A stretch of 64,000 nt of DNA from Bacilli bacterium (GTDB lineage Bacteria; Bacillota_I; Bacilli_A; RFN20; CAG-826): NCBI GenBank assembly GCA_024408105.1, contig JAKSVG010000001.1, forward strand, positions 50,854-114,853, given 5' to 3'. Under the pieces are notes generated by a model. That model ran no database searches. It saw only the letters and a program-made list of their open reading frames with translations, and was not told where the DNA came from. The translations under genes and the position numbers were made by a program. Below, piece after piece: positions 46,000 through 55,848 of this stretch. Numbering within the stretch: the stretch's first letter is position 1; the number at the start of each line of letters is the position of its first letter.

Positions 46000-46781
46000 T
46001 TTGCTTTTCTTTCTAATGAATGTTTAATCTTAAAATCTCTATGTTTAATTTTATAAATTAATTTTTCTGATACTAATTTATTTTGAATTAAAGCTTGCAG
46101 CATCCCCTCTTTATCATCATCAAGATAATTTTCAATAACCGGTCTAATTCGTTCAATAATACGACTGGTAGGTGGATGTTTTAAATACTTATCAAATAAA
46201 GGAATTTTTGCATCTAAACGTCCTTGATTATTTATTATATAAATAGTCTTAAAATCGAAATGATAGACCGCCATAACTTTTTCTGTTTTTTTAACAACAA
46301 CAAGTTTCGTAAACAAAGAATCATATAAATCAAAGTTATAAAGTTCAAATAAATCTATACACGAAGTGTTAAAAGAAGAAATCAATTTAGCATAAGGCGC
46401 TTTTAAAAGTTTTCCATGTTGATTCGAATAAAATCCATTGATTGCTCGTGAAAAAATTGGGACATATATTTTTGTTTCGTTTTCTTTTACATATGGAGCA
46501 TTTTTCATTTGCTCACTAATATATTTTTCAACCTCATTTGTTTTCATATTGCTTTCTTTGAAAGCATATAAAATGGCTTTTTCCAATTTTGATTTGTTTT
46601 GCAACGCTTGAATTATTATGTTTGCTCGAATAACGTCGAATTCATCACGAGCATCTAAAAGCATTTTGTACATTTCAATTCCGGAAAATAAATGTCTATT
46701 TGTTAAATAAAAGTAATAGTCTTCAGTTTTTCTAAAGTCTATGCCTTTTTGATATTTATCTAATAATTCGTATAACTGCAT
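45996..46781 (-). CDS. hypothetical protein (261 aa, soluble, no recognisable motif)
   Basis: The ORF has coding-like composition. Its stop forms an ATGA overlap with the mtaB start, and its start lies 1 nt after the rsmE stop. Confidence 0.6.
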   Translation of the reverse strand: MQLYELLDKYQKGIDFRKTEDYYFYLTNRHLFSGIEMYKMLLDARDEFDVIRANIIIQALQNKSKLEKAILYAFKESNMKTNEVEKYISEQMKNAPYVKENETKIYVPIFSRAINGFYSNQHGKLLKAPYAKLISSFNTSCIDLFELYNFDLYDSLFTKLVVVKKTEKVMAVYHFDFKTIYIINNQGRLDAKIPLFDKYLKHPPTSRIIERIRPVIENYLDDDKEGMLQALIQNKLVSEKLIYKIKHRDFKIKHSLERKAK

Positions 46782-46782
46782 A

Positions 46783-47502
46783 TTATTTTTTCTCTAACAG
46801 GCAGGATATAACACTCAATGCATATATAGAGGCAGTTTCTGCTCTAAGAATGCGCCTTCCTAATGAAACAGGTACAAACCCTTCGCACTTAGCAATGTTA
46901 ACTTCGTATTCTGCAAAGCCACCTTCAGGCCCTACCATAACCGCAATTGTTTGATCTTCTTTAGCTTTATTTATTTCATCAATAAATGTTTTGGTTATTC
47001 CTGCGTTTAATTCATAAGGAATTATTTTTATATCAGCTTTTATTCGTGAAAGTTCATTAATGCTAATGACTTTTGAGACATCAGGCACAGCTAAACGGCA
47101 TGATTGTTCAGCGGCCTCCTTAGCAATTCTTTTATATCTATCAAGTCTATTGCTGTTGTCACGCCTATTAACTCTAATTATCGTTCGTTCACTTTCTAAA
47201 AAAACGATTTCATTTACGCCTAATTCTGTCGCTTTTTGTACAACAAAATCCATTTTCTCGCCTTTTAATAAAGCTGCAATGAGAATTATCTTGCATTTTA
47301 ATTCTCTTTTTTCGTTAATTTTTCTTTTAACTTTTATCGCTAATGGTTTTATTGATTTAATCTCGCATAAAAAAACTTGATGATTATTTACAACTTCAAT
47401 TTCATCATTGCAGCGAGCTCGCATGACTTTGGTTAGATGAAAAATATCATCATCGGAAAGCAATACATCTTTATCAACGATTGAAGCAAAATATCTTTGC
47501 AT
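46783..47502 (-). CDS. rsmE: 16S rRNA (uracil1498-N3)-methyltransferase RsmE
   Basis: MQRYF start, a PUA-like N-terminus, and GPEGGF plus LGRRILRAETA at the C-terminus. Confidence 0.9.
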   Translation of the reverse strand: MQRYFASIVDKDVLLSDDDIFHLTKVMRARCNDEIEVVNNHQVFLCEIKSIKPLAIKVKRKINEKRELKCKIILIAALLKGEKMDFVVQKATELGVNEIVFLESERTIIRVNRRDNSNRLDRYKRIAKEAAEQSCRLAVPDVSKVISINELSRIKADIKIIPYELNAGITKTFIDEINKAKEDQTIAVMVGPEGGFAEYEVNIAKCEGFVPVSLGRRILRAETASIYALSVISCLLEKK

Positions 47503-47942
47503 TATTTTAAAAATTCTCCATCTCCGTCAACTAAATCGTGGCGAATAAAAATCATTATGCCAGAAATAATCATCATAATTTCTAGAACAAAATACGGAAT
47601 TAAAAACGCTAAAGCGTTTGGGATTGCATTTGTAAAGAATAAAATAGAACCTAATGTAGCGATAAACACTACTGTTATTGCTATAAGAATAAATCCGATT
47701 TTTTTACGATTTAAATAAAACATATGTGCACCAAAAACGCCTAAGAAAATAGCTAATATGCCGGCAATTTTTCTACTTTTATGTTTTATTTCTTCAACAT
47801 TACATTCAATTGGATCAAATGCTTTAGTAAAATCTTGAGTCACATTATCGTTGCCTTCAAGAGGCTTTCTTGTGCCACAAAATGGACAAATGTCTTTGTC
47901 TAATCTAGATATTTCTTCACCACAGTTTTTACATTTAGCCAT
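47502..47942 (-). CDS. zinc-ribbon plus TM2-domain membrane protein
   Basis: N-terminal CKNCG..CPFCG, then GILAIFLGVFGAHMFYLNRKKIGFILI, which is typical of the TM2 domain. Confidence 0.7.
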   Translation of the reverse strand: MAKCKNCGEEISRLDKDICPFCGTRKPLEGNDNVTQDFTKAFDPIECNVEEIKHKSRKIAGILAIFLGVFGAHMFYLNRKKIGFILIAITVVFIATLGSILFFTNAIPNALAFLIPYFVLEIMMIISGIMIFIRHDLVDGDGEFLK

Positions 47943-47969
47943 AAATACTTCAATAGTATAACACGAAAA

Positions 47970-49502
47970 TTAAAAATTAATTTCGTAATCTACTAGACCA
48001 TCATAAAAATCTTTCTCATGCGAAACAATAATTACGCATCCGCTAAATCTTTCAATAGCGGAAAATAATGCCTCCTTTGCTTTTTGATCCAAATGATTTG
48101 TAGGTTCGTCCAAGATAAGGAAATTTGACTTTATTAAAGTCATTGCAGCGAATCGTGCCTTAGTAACTTCGCCTCCAGATAATTCCTTCATTTTTCTAAT
48201 AGCTAATTCTTTTCTTAGACCGCAAGAACCAAGAATTGTTCTAATTTGAGTATTAGTTAATTCAGGATGAAGGTTATGAATATAATCAAATGGACTTTGA
48301 TTTAAATCAATTGATTTCTCTTGATCATAGTAATTAATTACTGTGCCTTCTAACCACTTAAAAGATCCATCGATTTTTTCTATATGGCCAAGTATCGTCT
48401 TTAAGAATGTTGTTTTCCCAACGCCATTCTTACCTAATATCGCTATCTTTTGTCCTTTTTTTAACGAAAACGATATTGAAGGAAGCAAAGCTTTGTTGTA
48501 TCCAATTACTAGTTCATCAATGGAAAGAACATCTTTGCCAACATCTTTTGTGAAAGGAAAATTAAAATGAACAATGCCTTCTTCTTTTCCTGGAGCTTCC
48601 ATTCTATCTAAATGTTCTAGTTGTTTTCTATGGGATTTAGCGGCTCTAGATGAAGTTGCTCGAACAATATGTTTTTCGATAAATTCTTCCTCTTTTTTTA
48701 TATATCTTTGTTGAGCGTTATATCGTTTTTCATACATTTCTTTATCAAGAGCGTGTTGCTCTAAAAAGTGGTCGAATGATCCTCTATATCTAACAATTGT
48801 TTTATTTTCTAAAGAAAATACAACATTTGCAATTTTTCTTAGAAATTCTTGGTCATGTGAAACAACTAAAAAAGCCTTTGGATAACTATTTAAATAAGAT
48901 GCTAACCAATCAACTTGATTTGCATCTAAAAAGTTAGTTGGCTCATCCATAATCAGTACATCTTTTTGTTCGAGAAGCATTCTCACTAAATACACTTTTT
49001 CTCTTTGGCCAGATGAGAGTTTTGATAAAGGCAAATTAAGTCTATCTTCTTGGATTCCTAAACCAGCAATTAATTTAGCTATATTTTCTTTCAAAGAATA
49101 GAAACCATCTACAGTAAGTTCATCTTGCAATTTAGATGCTTTTTCTAGCAATACTTCGTAATTTTCAAAATCTAATGCAGACTGCTCATACAATTTTTCC
49201 ATTCGTTTTTCTTTTTTAAATAAAAACGAAAATACTTCGTGCAGATAGTCAATTGTTATTAAATCCTGATTAACTTTAAGATTTTGATCCAAATAAGAAT
49301 ATGTTACATGTGGAGTCCATACAACTTTTCCCTTATCAGGAGATAGTTTCTTTGTAAGCAAATTTAAAATAGTTGTCTTGCCTGAGCCATTTACCCCAAC
49401 AAGAACGCAGTGCTCACCATCATTAATTTTCATATTAATAGAACGGTAAAGTTCTTTGTCAGCATAATTAAATTCAATATCCTGTAGTTCAATTAAAGCC
49501 AT
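47970..49502 (-). CDS. ABC-F family ATPase (two ABC domains, no TM domain)
   Basis: Walker A GVNGSGKTT and GKNGVGKTT, signatures LSSGQ and LSGGE, and an inter-domain linker. Confidence 0.9.
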   Translation of the reverse strand: MALIELQDIEFNYADKELYRSINMKINDGEHCVLVGVNGSGKTTILNLLTKKLSPDKGKVVWTPHVTYSYLDQNLKVNQDLITIDYLHEVFSFLFKKEKRMEKLYEQSALDFENYEVLLEKASKLQDELTVDGFYSLKENIAKLIAGLGIQEDRLNLPLSKLSSGQREKVYLVRMLLEQKDVLIMDEPTNFLDANQVDWLASYLNSYPKAFLVVSHDQEFLRKIANVVFSLENKTIVRYRGSFDHFLEQHALDKEMYEKRYNAQQRYIKKEEEFIEKHIVRATSSRAAKSHRKQLEHLDRMEAPGKEEGIVHFNFPFTKDVGKDVLSIDELVIGYNKALLPSISFSLKKGQKIAILGKNGVGKTTFLKTILGHIEKIDGSFKWLEGTVINYYDQEKSIDLNQSPFDYIHNLHPELTNTQIRTILGSCGLRKELAIRKMKELSGGEVTKARFAAMTLIKSNFLILDEPTNHLDQKAKEALFSAIERFSGCVIIVSHEKDFYDGLVDYEINF

Positions 49503-49523
49503 GCAAATATAATATCAAATATT

Positions 49524-49550
49524 CTAAAAATAAAAAGGGATTAATCCCTT
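49524..49550 (-). terminator. intrinsic terminator after dnaJ
   Basis: The minus strand has AAGGGATTAATCCCTT followed by TTTATTTTT. Confidence 0.8.
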
Positions 49551-49579
49551 CTTATCATAATTGTATATTATTATGCGAA

Positions 49580-50716
49580 TTATTTTTTAAATGCCTTAAC
49601 AAATTTATCAAATGCCGTATCGCCTCTTGATTCATTTTTTCTGAATTCTTCAAGAAGTTTCTTTTGTTCCTTAGATAATTTTGTAGGAGTTTTTATTTGC
49701 ATATGTAGATATTGATCACCTGGTGTTCCTCTGCGTAAATCTTTTACCCCACGGCCTTTTAATCTAAGGGTTTGATTTGGCTGTGTTCCAGCAGGAACAT
49801 CAACTTCTACAGTGCCATAAACAGTTGGAACTTCGATTGTCTTACCTAATGAAGCATCAGCAAAGCTGATTGGAACATCGATATGAATATCATTTCCATC
49901 ACGCTTAAATATTTCATGAGGAATAATGACTATCTCTAAATACAAATCTCCATTTTCTCCTCCGTTAACACCGCGTTCGCCTTTGCCTTTAATAACAATT
50001 TGCTGTCCAGCGTTAATGCCAGCAGGAATATTTACTTCTAAATCGCGTTTAATATGTTTATAACCTTTGCCACCACATTCATCGCATTTAGTTTCAATAA
50101 TTTTTCCCGATCCACCACAATGAGGGCACGGAGCTTGACCTTCCATTACGCCAAACAATGTTCTTTGTTGAGTTCTTACATAACCCCTGCCTCCGCAATG
50201 AGGACATGTTTTTATATCATTAGGAGTTTTTGCACCTGTGCCACCACACTTTGAGCATTTTTCATCATAACTGACAGGAACCAATACCTTTTTGCCTAAA
50301 ACAGCATCCATAAATGGGACTCTAATGCGTTGCAACGCATCATCGCCTCTTCTAGGGCCATAACTTTGTCGTTGTTGACGGCCACCACCGAAGAAAGATG
50401 AAAATATATCTCCTAAATCAACTCCGCCAAATCCTTGCGAAGAAAATCCGCCACCAGCAAAAGGATTGCCGTTTCCACCAGTTGATGCGCCTTGCTCAAA
50501 AGCAGCCATGCCGAATTGATCATACATTTGACGCTTCTTATCATCATAAAGAATGTCATAAGCTTCTTGCACTTCTTTAAATTTTTCAGCAGCATCAGGC
50601 TCGTGATTTAAATCTGGGTGATATTTCTTAGCTAATTTTCGATAAGCACTTTTAATTTCATCCTTTGAAGATGATTTGCTAATGCCAAGCACTTCATAGA
50701 AATCTCTTTTAGCCAT
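49580..50716 (-). CDS. dnaJ: chaperone DnaJ
   Basis: J domain with HPD, a G/F-rich region and four CxxCxGxG zinc motifs. Confidence 0.97.
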   Translation of the reverse strand: MAKRDFYEVLGISKSSSKDEIKSAYRKLAKKYHPDLNHEPDAAEKFKEVQEAYDILYDDKKRQMYDQFGMAAFEQGASTGGNGNPFAGGGFSSQGFGGVDLGDIFSSFFGGGRQQRQSYGPRRGDDALQRIRVPFMDAVLGKKVLVPVSYDEKCSKCGGTGAKTPNDIKTCPHCGGRGYVRTQQRTLFGVMEGQAPCPHCGGSGKIIETKCDECGGKGYKHIKRDLEVNIPAGINAGQQIVIKGKGERGVNGGENGDLYLEIVIIPHEIFKRDGNDIHIDVPISFADASLGKTIEVPTVYGTVEVDVPAGTQPNQTLRLKGRGVKDLRRGTPGDQYLHMQIKTPTKLSKEQKKLLEEFRKNESRGDTAFDKFVKAFKK

Positions 50717-50736
50717 ATTAGTTCCTTTCTTACTGA

Positions 50737-50765
50737 GAAAGCGAAGGGTTTCCCCATTCGCTTTC
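50737..50765 (-). promoter_or_regulatory. stable hairpin in the dnaK-dnaJ intergenic region (no U-tract)
   Basis: 9-bp perfect stem GAAAGCGAA/TTCGCTTTC with an 11-nt loop. No T run follows, and the dnaJ SD lies about 10 nt downstream. Confidence 0.6.
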
Positions 50766-50790
50766 AGAGTATAGTTTTAACTTTTATAAG

Positions 50791-52608
50791 TTAATTTTTC
50801 ATTTTGCTGTCAGCATCAACAACATCATCTGCTGTTTCTTGTCCTTCAGCTTTAGGTGATTCTTGGGCAGATTTGCCTGTTTGGGTTTGCGCCATCATAG
50901 CAGCAGCCTGCTCAAGTTCATTGATTCTATTCTTAAGAGTTTCGATATCATTATTATCTAAAGCAGTCTTAAGTTCATCTCTAAGTTTTTGAGTTTGTTC
51001 TTTTTGAGATGCCTCGATTGAGTCACCTTTTTCTTGCAAAGCTTGATCAATACTATTTATGTATTGTTCGGCTTTGTTTTTGAGTTCAACTTCTTCTTTA
51101 CGTTTTGCGTCTGCTTCAGCATTCGCTTCAGCTTCGTGAACCATGCGGTCAATATCTTCTTTTGATAAACCATTTGAACCAGAAATTGTAATTTCTTGTT
51201 CTTTTTGAGTATCTAAGTCTTTGGCTGTAACCTTAACAATACCATTAACGTCGATATTAAATGTAACCTCAATACGTGGTTCACCACGTCTTGCTGGTTT
51301 AATACCAGTTAATTGGAAGTGACCAAGTAACTTGTTGTCGGCTGCCATTGGGCGTTCACCTTGATAAACCATGATATCAACAGCTGGTTGATTATCTGCT
51401 GCTGTTGAGAATATTTGACTCTTTGTTGTAGGAATTGTTGTATTTCTTTCAATAAGAGGTGTCATCATTCCACCAAGTGTTTCAATACCAAGAGTTAATG
51501 GTGTGACGTCAAGAAGGACGACATCTTTGATGTCACCACTGACAACACCGCCTTGAATTGCAGCACCGATTGAAACTGCTTCGTCAGGATTAACTGATAA
51601 GTTTGGTGTTTTACCTGTAAGTTTCTTTACTAATTCTTGAACTGCAGGCATACGAATTGAACCACCAATGAGAATAACTTGATCTAAATCACTAGCAGAG
51701 AGTTTTGCATCGCTTAATGCTCTCTTAACTGGTTCTTCTGTGCGAGCAAGTAAATGCTTTGTCATATCTTGGAATTTAGCTCTTGATAGAGTTGCTTCGA
51801 AGTTGACTGGACCATTTCCGCTCATTGCAATAAATGGAAGGGAAATTGTTGTTTCAAGTGAACTTGAAAGTTCAATCTTTGCCTTTTCAGCAGCGTCAAT
51901 GAAACGTTGTTGAGCCATTTTATCAGTAATATCAATTCCATGTTGAATCTTAATTTGAGCACGAATCCAATCAGCAACAACCTTATCCCAGTCATCACCA
52001 CCGAGTTTGTTATCACCGGCTGTTGAGACGACTTCGAATGTGCCATCACCAATATCAAGGATAGAGACATCAAATGTACCACCACCAAGATCATAAACAA
52101 GAATCTTTTCAGATTTGTTTGTATCTAAGCCATAGGCTAATGCAGCAGCTGTTGGTTCGTTAATAATACGAACAACATCAAGACCAGCGATTTGACCTGC
52201 ATCTTTTGTTGCTTGTCTTTGAGCGTCATTAAAGTACGCTGGAACTGTAATAACTGCTTTTGCAATCTTTTGTCCTAAATTTTCTTCTGCATATTTTTTC
52301 ATGTATGCGAGAACTTTTGCAGAGATTTCTTGAGGTGTAAAATCTTTATTTAAAGATTTAATAAAGACCTTTTCACTTGATCCCATTTTACGTTTAATTG
52401 ATGAGACAGTGTCTGGGTTTGTGACAGCTTGACGTTTTGCGGCGTTTCCAACGATTTCTTCACCGCCTGCTTTAAATGCGACAACGGATGGTGTAGTCAT
52501 AGTGCCTTCTGGGTTAGGGATGACCTTAACCTTTCCATCAGCTTGTAAATATGAAACAACTGAGTTTGTTGTACCTAAGTCGATACCAAGAATAATTTCT
52601 TTTGCCAT
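50791..52608 (-). CDS. dnaK: chaperone DnaK (Hsp70)
   Basis: Motifs [17 protein letters not shown] and [11 protein letters not shown], in a 605-aa protein. Confidence 0.98.
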   Translation of the reverse strand: MAKEIILGIDLGTTNSVVSYLQADGKVKVIPNPEGTMTTPSVVAFKAGGEEIVGNAAKRQAVTNPDTVSSIKRKMGSSEKVFIKSLNKDFTPQEISAKVLAYMKKYAEENLGQKIAKAVITVPAYFNDAQRQATKDAGQIAGLDVVRIINEPTAAALAYGLDTNKSEKILVYDLGGGTFDVSILDIGDGTFEVVSTAGDNKLGGDDWDKVVADWIRAQIKIQHGIDITDKMAQQRFIDAAEKAKIELSSSLETTISLPFIAMSGNGPVNFEATLSRAKFQDMTKHLLARTEEPVKRALSDAKLSASDLDQVILIGGSIRMPAVQELVKKLTGKTPNLSVNPDEAVSIGAAIQGGVVSGDIKDVVLLDVTPLTLGIETLGGMMTPLIERNTTIPTTKSQIFSTAADNQPAVDIMVYQGERPMAADNKLLGHFQLTGIKPARRGEPRIEVTFNIDVNGIVKVTAKDLDTQKEQEITISGSNGLSKEDIDRMVHEAEANAEADAKRKEEVELKNKAEQYINSIDQALQEKGDSIEASQKEQTQKLRDELKTALDNNDIETLKNRINELEQAAAMMAQTQTGKSAQESPKAEGQETADDVVDADSKMKN

Positions 52609-52624
52609 GTTTATTTCCTCCTAA

Positions 52625-53197
52625 CTAGGCATCCATTTCTGGACTATTATCAATTTTTTTGTCATCAATTTTTTCTTTAACCGAGACGATGACCATCGCG
52701 GGGCGAACAAGATGTTCGTGCAACATATAACCTTTGGTTATAACTTTTGTAATTTTGTCTGGATTTTTTTCATCGACGACTGTTTCGACCGCTTGCATTA
52801 GGCTTGGATTGAACTTGTCATTAATTTTTGGAGAAATTTCCTTAACTCCTTCATTTTCTAGAACCGTAACAAGATTTCTATAAATATATTCAAACCCTGT
52901 TAAGAAATTTTTCATTTCAATGGATGAAGGTTCGTTTTGAAGAGCCATTGAGAATCCATCTAATATAGGAAGTAAGTCTCCAACAAAACCTTCTAATCGA
53001 TATTTCATCGCGTCTCGATGATCAGCTTCAACTCGTTTTCTTAAGTTTTGCATATCAGCATAGGCACGGTAATATTCGTTTTTCCAATGCTCTAAATCAG
53101 CGCTTAATTTCTCTATTTGTTCTTTGGTTTTGTCCACCTTTTTGGTTTCTTTGTTTATTTTCTCTTTCACGCTTATCTTCCTTTCTTTCATCTTCAT
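52625..53197 (-). CDS. grpE: nucleotide exchange factor GrpE
   Basis: YADMQNLRKR and the C-terminal beta domain. The start is ambiguous: ATG 53197 has no SD, whereas GTG 53170 lies 6 nt after AAGGAAG. Either start overlaps the hrcA 3' end. Confidence 0.9.
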   Translation of the reverse strand: MKMKERKISVKEKINKETKKVDKTKEQIEKLSADLEHWKNEYYRAYADMQNLRKRVEADHRDAMKYRLEGFVGDLLPILDGFSMALQNEPSSIEMKNFLTGFEYIYRNLVTVLENEGVKEISPKINDKFNPSLMQAVETVVDEKNPDKITKVITKGYMLHEHLVRPAMVIVSVKEKIDDKKIDNSPEMDA

Positions 53198-54185
53198 AAT
53201 ATGAATCTAACTGATTAATTAGATATTCAAGTGATGAAACTACTTTGTCGTAGTCCATTCTTTTAGGACCTACAACTGCGATTGACCGCTCTTGCTTACC
53301 TGGCATTTTAACTTTTGCCTGGACGATTGAGACATCTTCATCTCCTAATGCTTCACCGCCAATATGTATCGAGATATTTTCATTATCATTTTCTACTTCT
53401 CTGAATACATCAGGTCTATTAAGAAGTTCCATCAGTTTTTTCATTTTATTCGCGTCATTTGCGAATTCTGGCTGTTCGAACAATTCTTCTTGCCCAAATG
53501 CTGATAGTCTGTCTTTCGCGAATCCGACAAAGGCTTCAAGCATTGCTTTGTAAATCACATCGTGATTTATTACCATATCATTAATTAATGGTCGAATGGC
53601 TTGCATCTTAGGAATGAGTTCTGAGATAGACGTTCCTTTTAATCTGTCATTTAATAGTTTTACGCAATTTTCTACATCATTAAGTTTATTTTTCTCGTCG
53701 ATTACAAATGTCTTATTTTCGACATATCCTTGATCTGTGACGAATACACATGTTGCGCTTGTATCACTAATAGGAACGAGTTGAACCGAGACAAGGTGTT
53801 CATTGTTTGCTCCAGGACCTAAGACAATGCTGGCAAGATTTGTCATTTGCGACAATATTTCGCAAGATTGTTTGATGACATCTTGAATTGACTTAACTTT
53901 TTGATCTAATACTGTCTGCATCTGATATTTAAATTCTTCGTCAATACTTCTGTCACGAAGATTTGCAATGTAGTATCTATATCCTTTGGAAGAAGGAACG
54001 CGTCCGCTTGATATGTGCGTCTTTTCTAGATAACCATCAACTTCCAAGGCATTCATTTCACTACGAATTGTCGCAGATGAATATTCAAGACCATATTCTT
54101 CGATAAGTGTTTTACTGCCAACTGGTTGAGCGCTTTTAATAAAATGTTCAACAATGAGCTTGAGTACTTTATCTCGTCTATTCAT
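53097..54185 (-). CDS. hrcA: heat-inducible transcription repressor HrcA
   Basis: N-terminal wHTH (VGSKTL..YSSATIRSEMNALEVDGYLEKTHISSGRVPS). AAGGAGG SD before ATG 54185. CIRCE operators lie upstream. The ORF-track GTG start lies inside CIRCE. Confidence 0.93.
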   Translation of the reverse strand: MNRRDKVLKLIVEHFIKSAQPVGSKTLIEEYGLEYSSATIRSEMNALEVDGYLEKTHISSGRVPSSKGYRYYIANLRDRSIDEEFKYQMQTVLDQKVKSIQDVIKQSCEILSQMTNLASIVLGPGANNEHLVSVQLVPISDTSATCVFVTDQGYVENKTFVIDEKNKLNDVENCVKLLNDRLKGTSISELIPKMQAIRPLINDMVINHDVIYKAMLEAFVGFAKDRLSAFGQEELFEQPEFANDANKMKKLMELLNRPDVFREVENDNENISIHIGGEALGDEDVSIVQAKVKMPGKQERSIAVVGPKRMDYDKVVSSLEYLINQLDSYYEDERKEDKRERENKQRNQKGGQNQRTNREIKR

Positions 54186-54199
54186 TTTAGCCTCCTTTT

Positions 54200-54226
54200 T
54201 TGGCACTCATATTTTCCGAGTGCTAA
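54200..54226 (-). promoter_or_regulatory. CIRCE operator (HrcA binding site), promoter-proximal
   Basis: The minus strand reads TTAGCACTC-GGAAAATAT-GAGTGCCAA. The consensus is TTAGCACTC-N9-GAGTGCTAA, giving 17 of 18 matches. It lies between the -10 element and the hrcA SD. Confidence 0.92.
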
Positions 54227-54230
54227 TCAT

Positions 54231-54258
54231 ATTATAGATTGAATATTGGCACTGTCAA
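54231..54258 (-). promoter_or_regulatory. sigma-A promoter of the hrcA-grpE-dnaK-dnaJ operon
   Basis: The minus strand has TTGACA (54258-54253), a 16-nt spacer and TATAAT (54236-54231). Confidence 0.85.
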
Positions 54259-54272
54259 GCGGTAAGTGCTAA
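54246..54272 (-). promoter_or_regulatory. second, degenerate CIRCE-like inverted repeat overlapping the -35
   Basis: The minus strand reads TTAGCACTT-ACCGCTTGA-CAGTGCCAA, giving 15 of 18 matches to CIRCE. Confidence 0.7.
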
Positions 54273-54280
54273 ATTTTTTT

Positions 54281-54307
54281 AAATAAAAGAAAAACCGCAA
54301 AGCGGTT
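54281..54307 (-). terminator. intrinsic terminator after the RDD-family gene, insulating the hrcA promoter
   Basis: The minus strand has AACCGC-ttt-GCGGTT followed by TTTTCTTTTATTT. Confidence 0.75.
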
Positions 54308-54334
54308 AAGAAACAATTTGATAATTAAAATTTG

Positions 54335-54763
54335 TTAAATAGAACGATTTCTCCAGTCAGCAACGAGTGTTTTTGTAACTCTATCAAATATTGATTTTTC
54401 AGTGTGACTAATCATTACATATAATGTGTTTATAATCGCTAAAACAATGAGTCCATTCATTGCCGAGCGAGAAATGCAGTCTCCAAATGTTAATTTGCTA
54501 ACATCATTATGAACTACTCTAAGACCTATTATTAAATTTCCTAAGGTTCTTCCGTTAGATGTTTTTAGCCATATAGAATACATCAACGTATAAATTAACC
54601 AATCGGCAGCAATAAACATTAACACTACAAAAAATGCTGGTATAGTGACAAAATCTCTAAACAAAAATATCGCAGCAACCAATACTCCAGCAGAAATTAT
54701 TAATGCAAAAACAAAGTCTATTACATAGGCCCAGGTTCTTTTCATATAACTTGCGATATTCAT
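54335..54763 (-). CDS. RDD-family membrane protein
   Basis: The N-terminal KRTWAYVIDFVFALII pattern and 3 TM segments are typical of the RDD domain. Confidence 0.7.
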   Translation of the reverse strand: MNIASYMKRTWAYVIDFVFALIISAGVLVAAIFLFRDFVTIPAFFVVLMFIAADWLIYTLMYSIWLKTSNGRTLGNLIIGLRVVHNDVSKLTFGDCISRSAMNGLIVLAIINTLYVMISHTEKSIFDRVTKTLVADWRNRSI

Positions 54764-55848
54764 AATAATTCCAATAAGACACGATCGAGGGTAACTATCC
54801 CTTCATCGCTAAGCATTATTCTATCATTATTTATGATAAGAAGGTTATCATTAATTAATTTTGTGATTTTAGAAGAAAATATTTCTGTGAAATCGTGCCC
54901 AAATCTTTCTTTAAAATCTAATCTAGAAAAACCATCTTCTAATCTTAAGTTGCATAGCAAATAGTCTTCAAGAATTTCTTCTTTGCTAAGTTTTTCACTG
55001 GTTCCAATAAAATCGTGTTTCAAATAATTGGTCAGGTTTTTTGTGTTTGTATATCTAACGCCATTGACATAACCGGATGCGCCTAAACCGGCCCCATAGT
55101 ATTCTTCATCTTTCCAGTATGTAAGATTATGTCGTGAAAATTTTCCGTTCTTTGCAAAATTACTAACTTCATAACGCTTAAACCCATGCTTTCTCAATGC
55201 ATTTACGATATGATCGTAATATAAACGCGAATCGTCCTCGTTTTGTTCTTTGATTCCTTTGTTGTAAAAAGCTGTATTTTTAGAAACGATAAGAGAATAA
55301 ATAGAAACATGGTTTGTGTTTAAATTGATTATATTGTTTAAATCATTTTTTAGGTCATCCAAACTTTGGTGAGGAAAACCGTAAATCAAATCAACATTTA
55401 CTTCAAAATATTTTTGTAATTCTATGACGGCGTTAATAGCGTCTTGATATGTATGATGTCTGCCTATTGCTCTTAAAAGAGCATCATTTGTAGATTCCAC
55501 CCCTACAGAGACTCTTGTGACACCATATTTTTTCATCAAAATGATTTTTTCTCCAGAAAGATTTTCAATGTTCGCTTCGACAGTGAATTCTCCTCCTTGT
55601 TCGAGCAATGGAGAAACTTTTTTTAGTAGACTTTCAAATTCATCTAGCGATAATGCTGTCGGGGTACCACCGCCAATATAAATCGTCTTTACATGATCAA
55701 TATTGAATGAATCAATTTCATAGAAAAGAGCCTTTAGATAGGGCTCGGAAAATTTTTTGTTATAGAATAGTTTTGTAAAATCGCAATATTCACATATATG
55801 TGCGCAGAAGGGCACATGGATGTACAAAGAATTAGTCTTTTTTGGCAT
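54760..55848 (-). CDS. hemW: radical SAM heme chaperone HemW (HemN-like, YqeR)
   Basis: CAHICEYCDF radical-SAM cluster motif, IYIGGGTP and a HemN C-terminal domain. It lies between lepA and hrcA, as in Bacillus. Confidence 0.9.
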   Translation of the reverse strand: MPKKTNSLYIHVPFCAHICEYCDFTKLFYNKKFSEPYLKALFYEIDSFNIDHVKTIYIGGGTPTALSLDEFESLLKKVSPLLEQGGEFTVEANIENLSGEKIILMKKYGVTRVSVGVESTNDALLRAIGRHHTYQDAINAVIELQKYFEVNVDLIYGFPHQSLDDLKNDLNNIINLNTNHVSIYSLIVSKNTAFYNKGIKEQNEDDSRLYYDHIVNALRKHGFKRYEVSNFAKNGKFSRHNLTYWKDEEYYGAGLGASGYVNGVRYTNTKNLTNYLKHDFIGTSEKLSKEEILEDYLLCNLRLEDGFSRLDFKERFGHDFTEIFSSKITKLINDNLLIINNDRIMLSDEGIVTLDRVLLELL

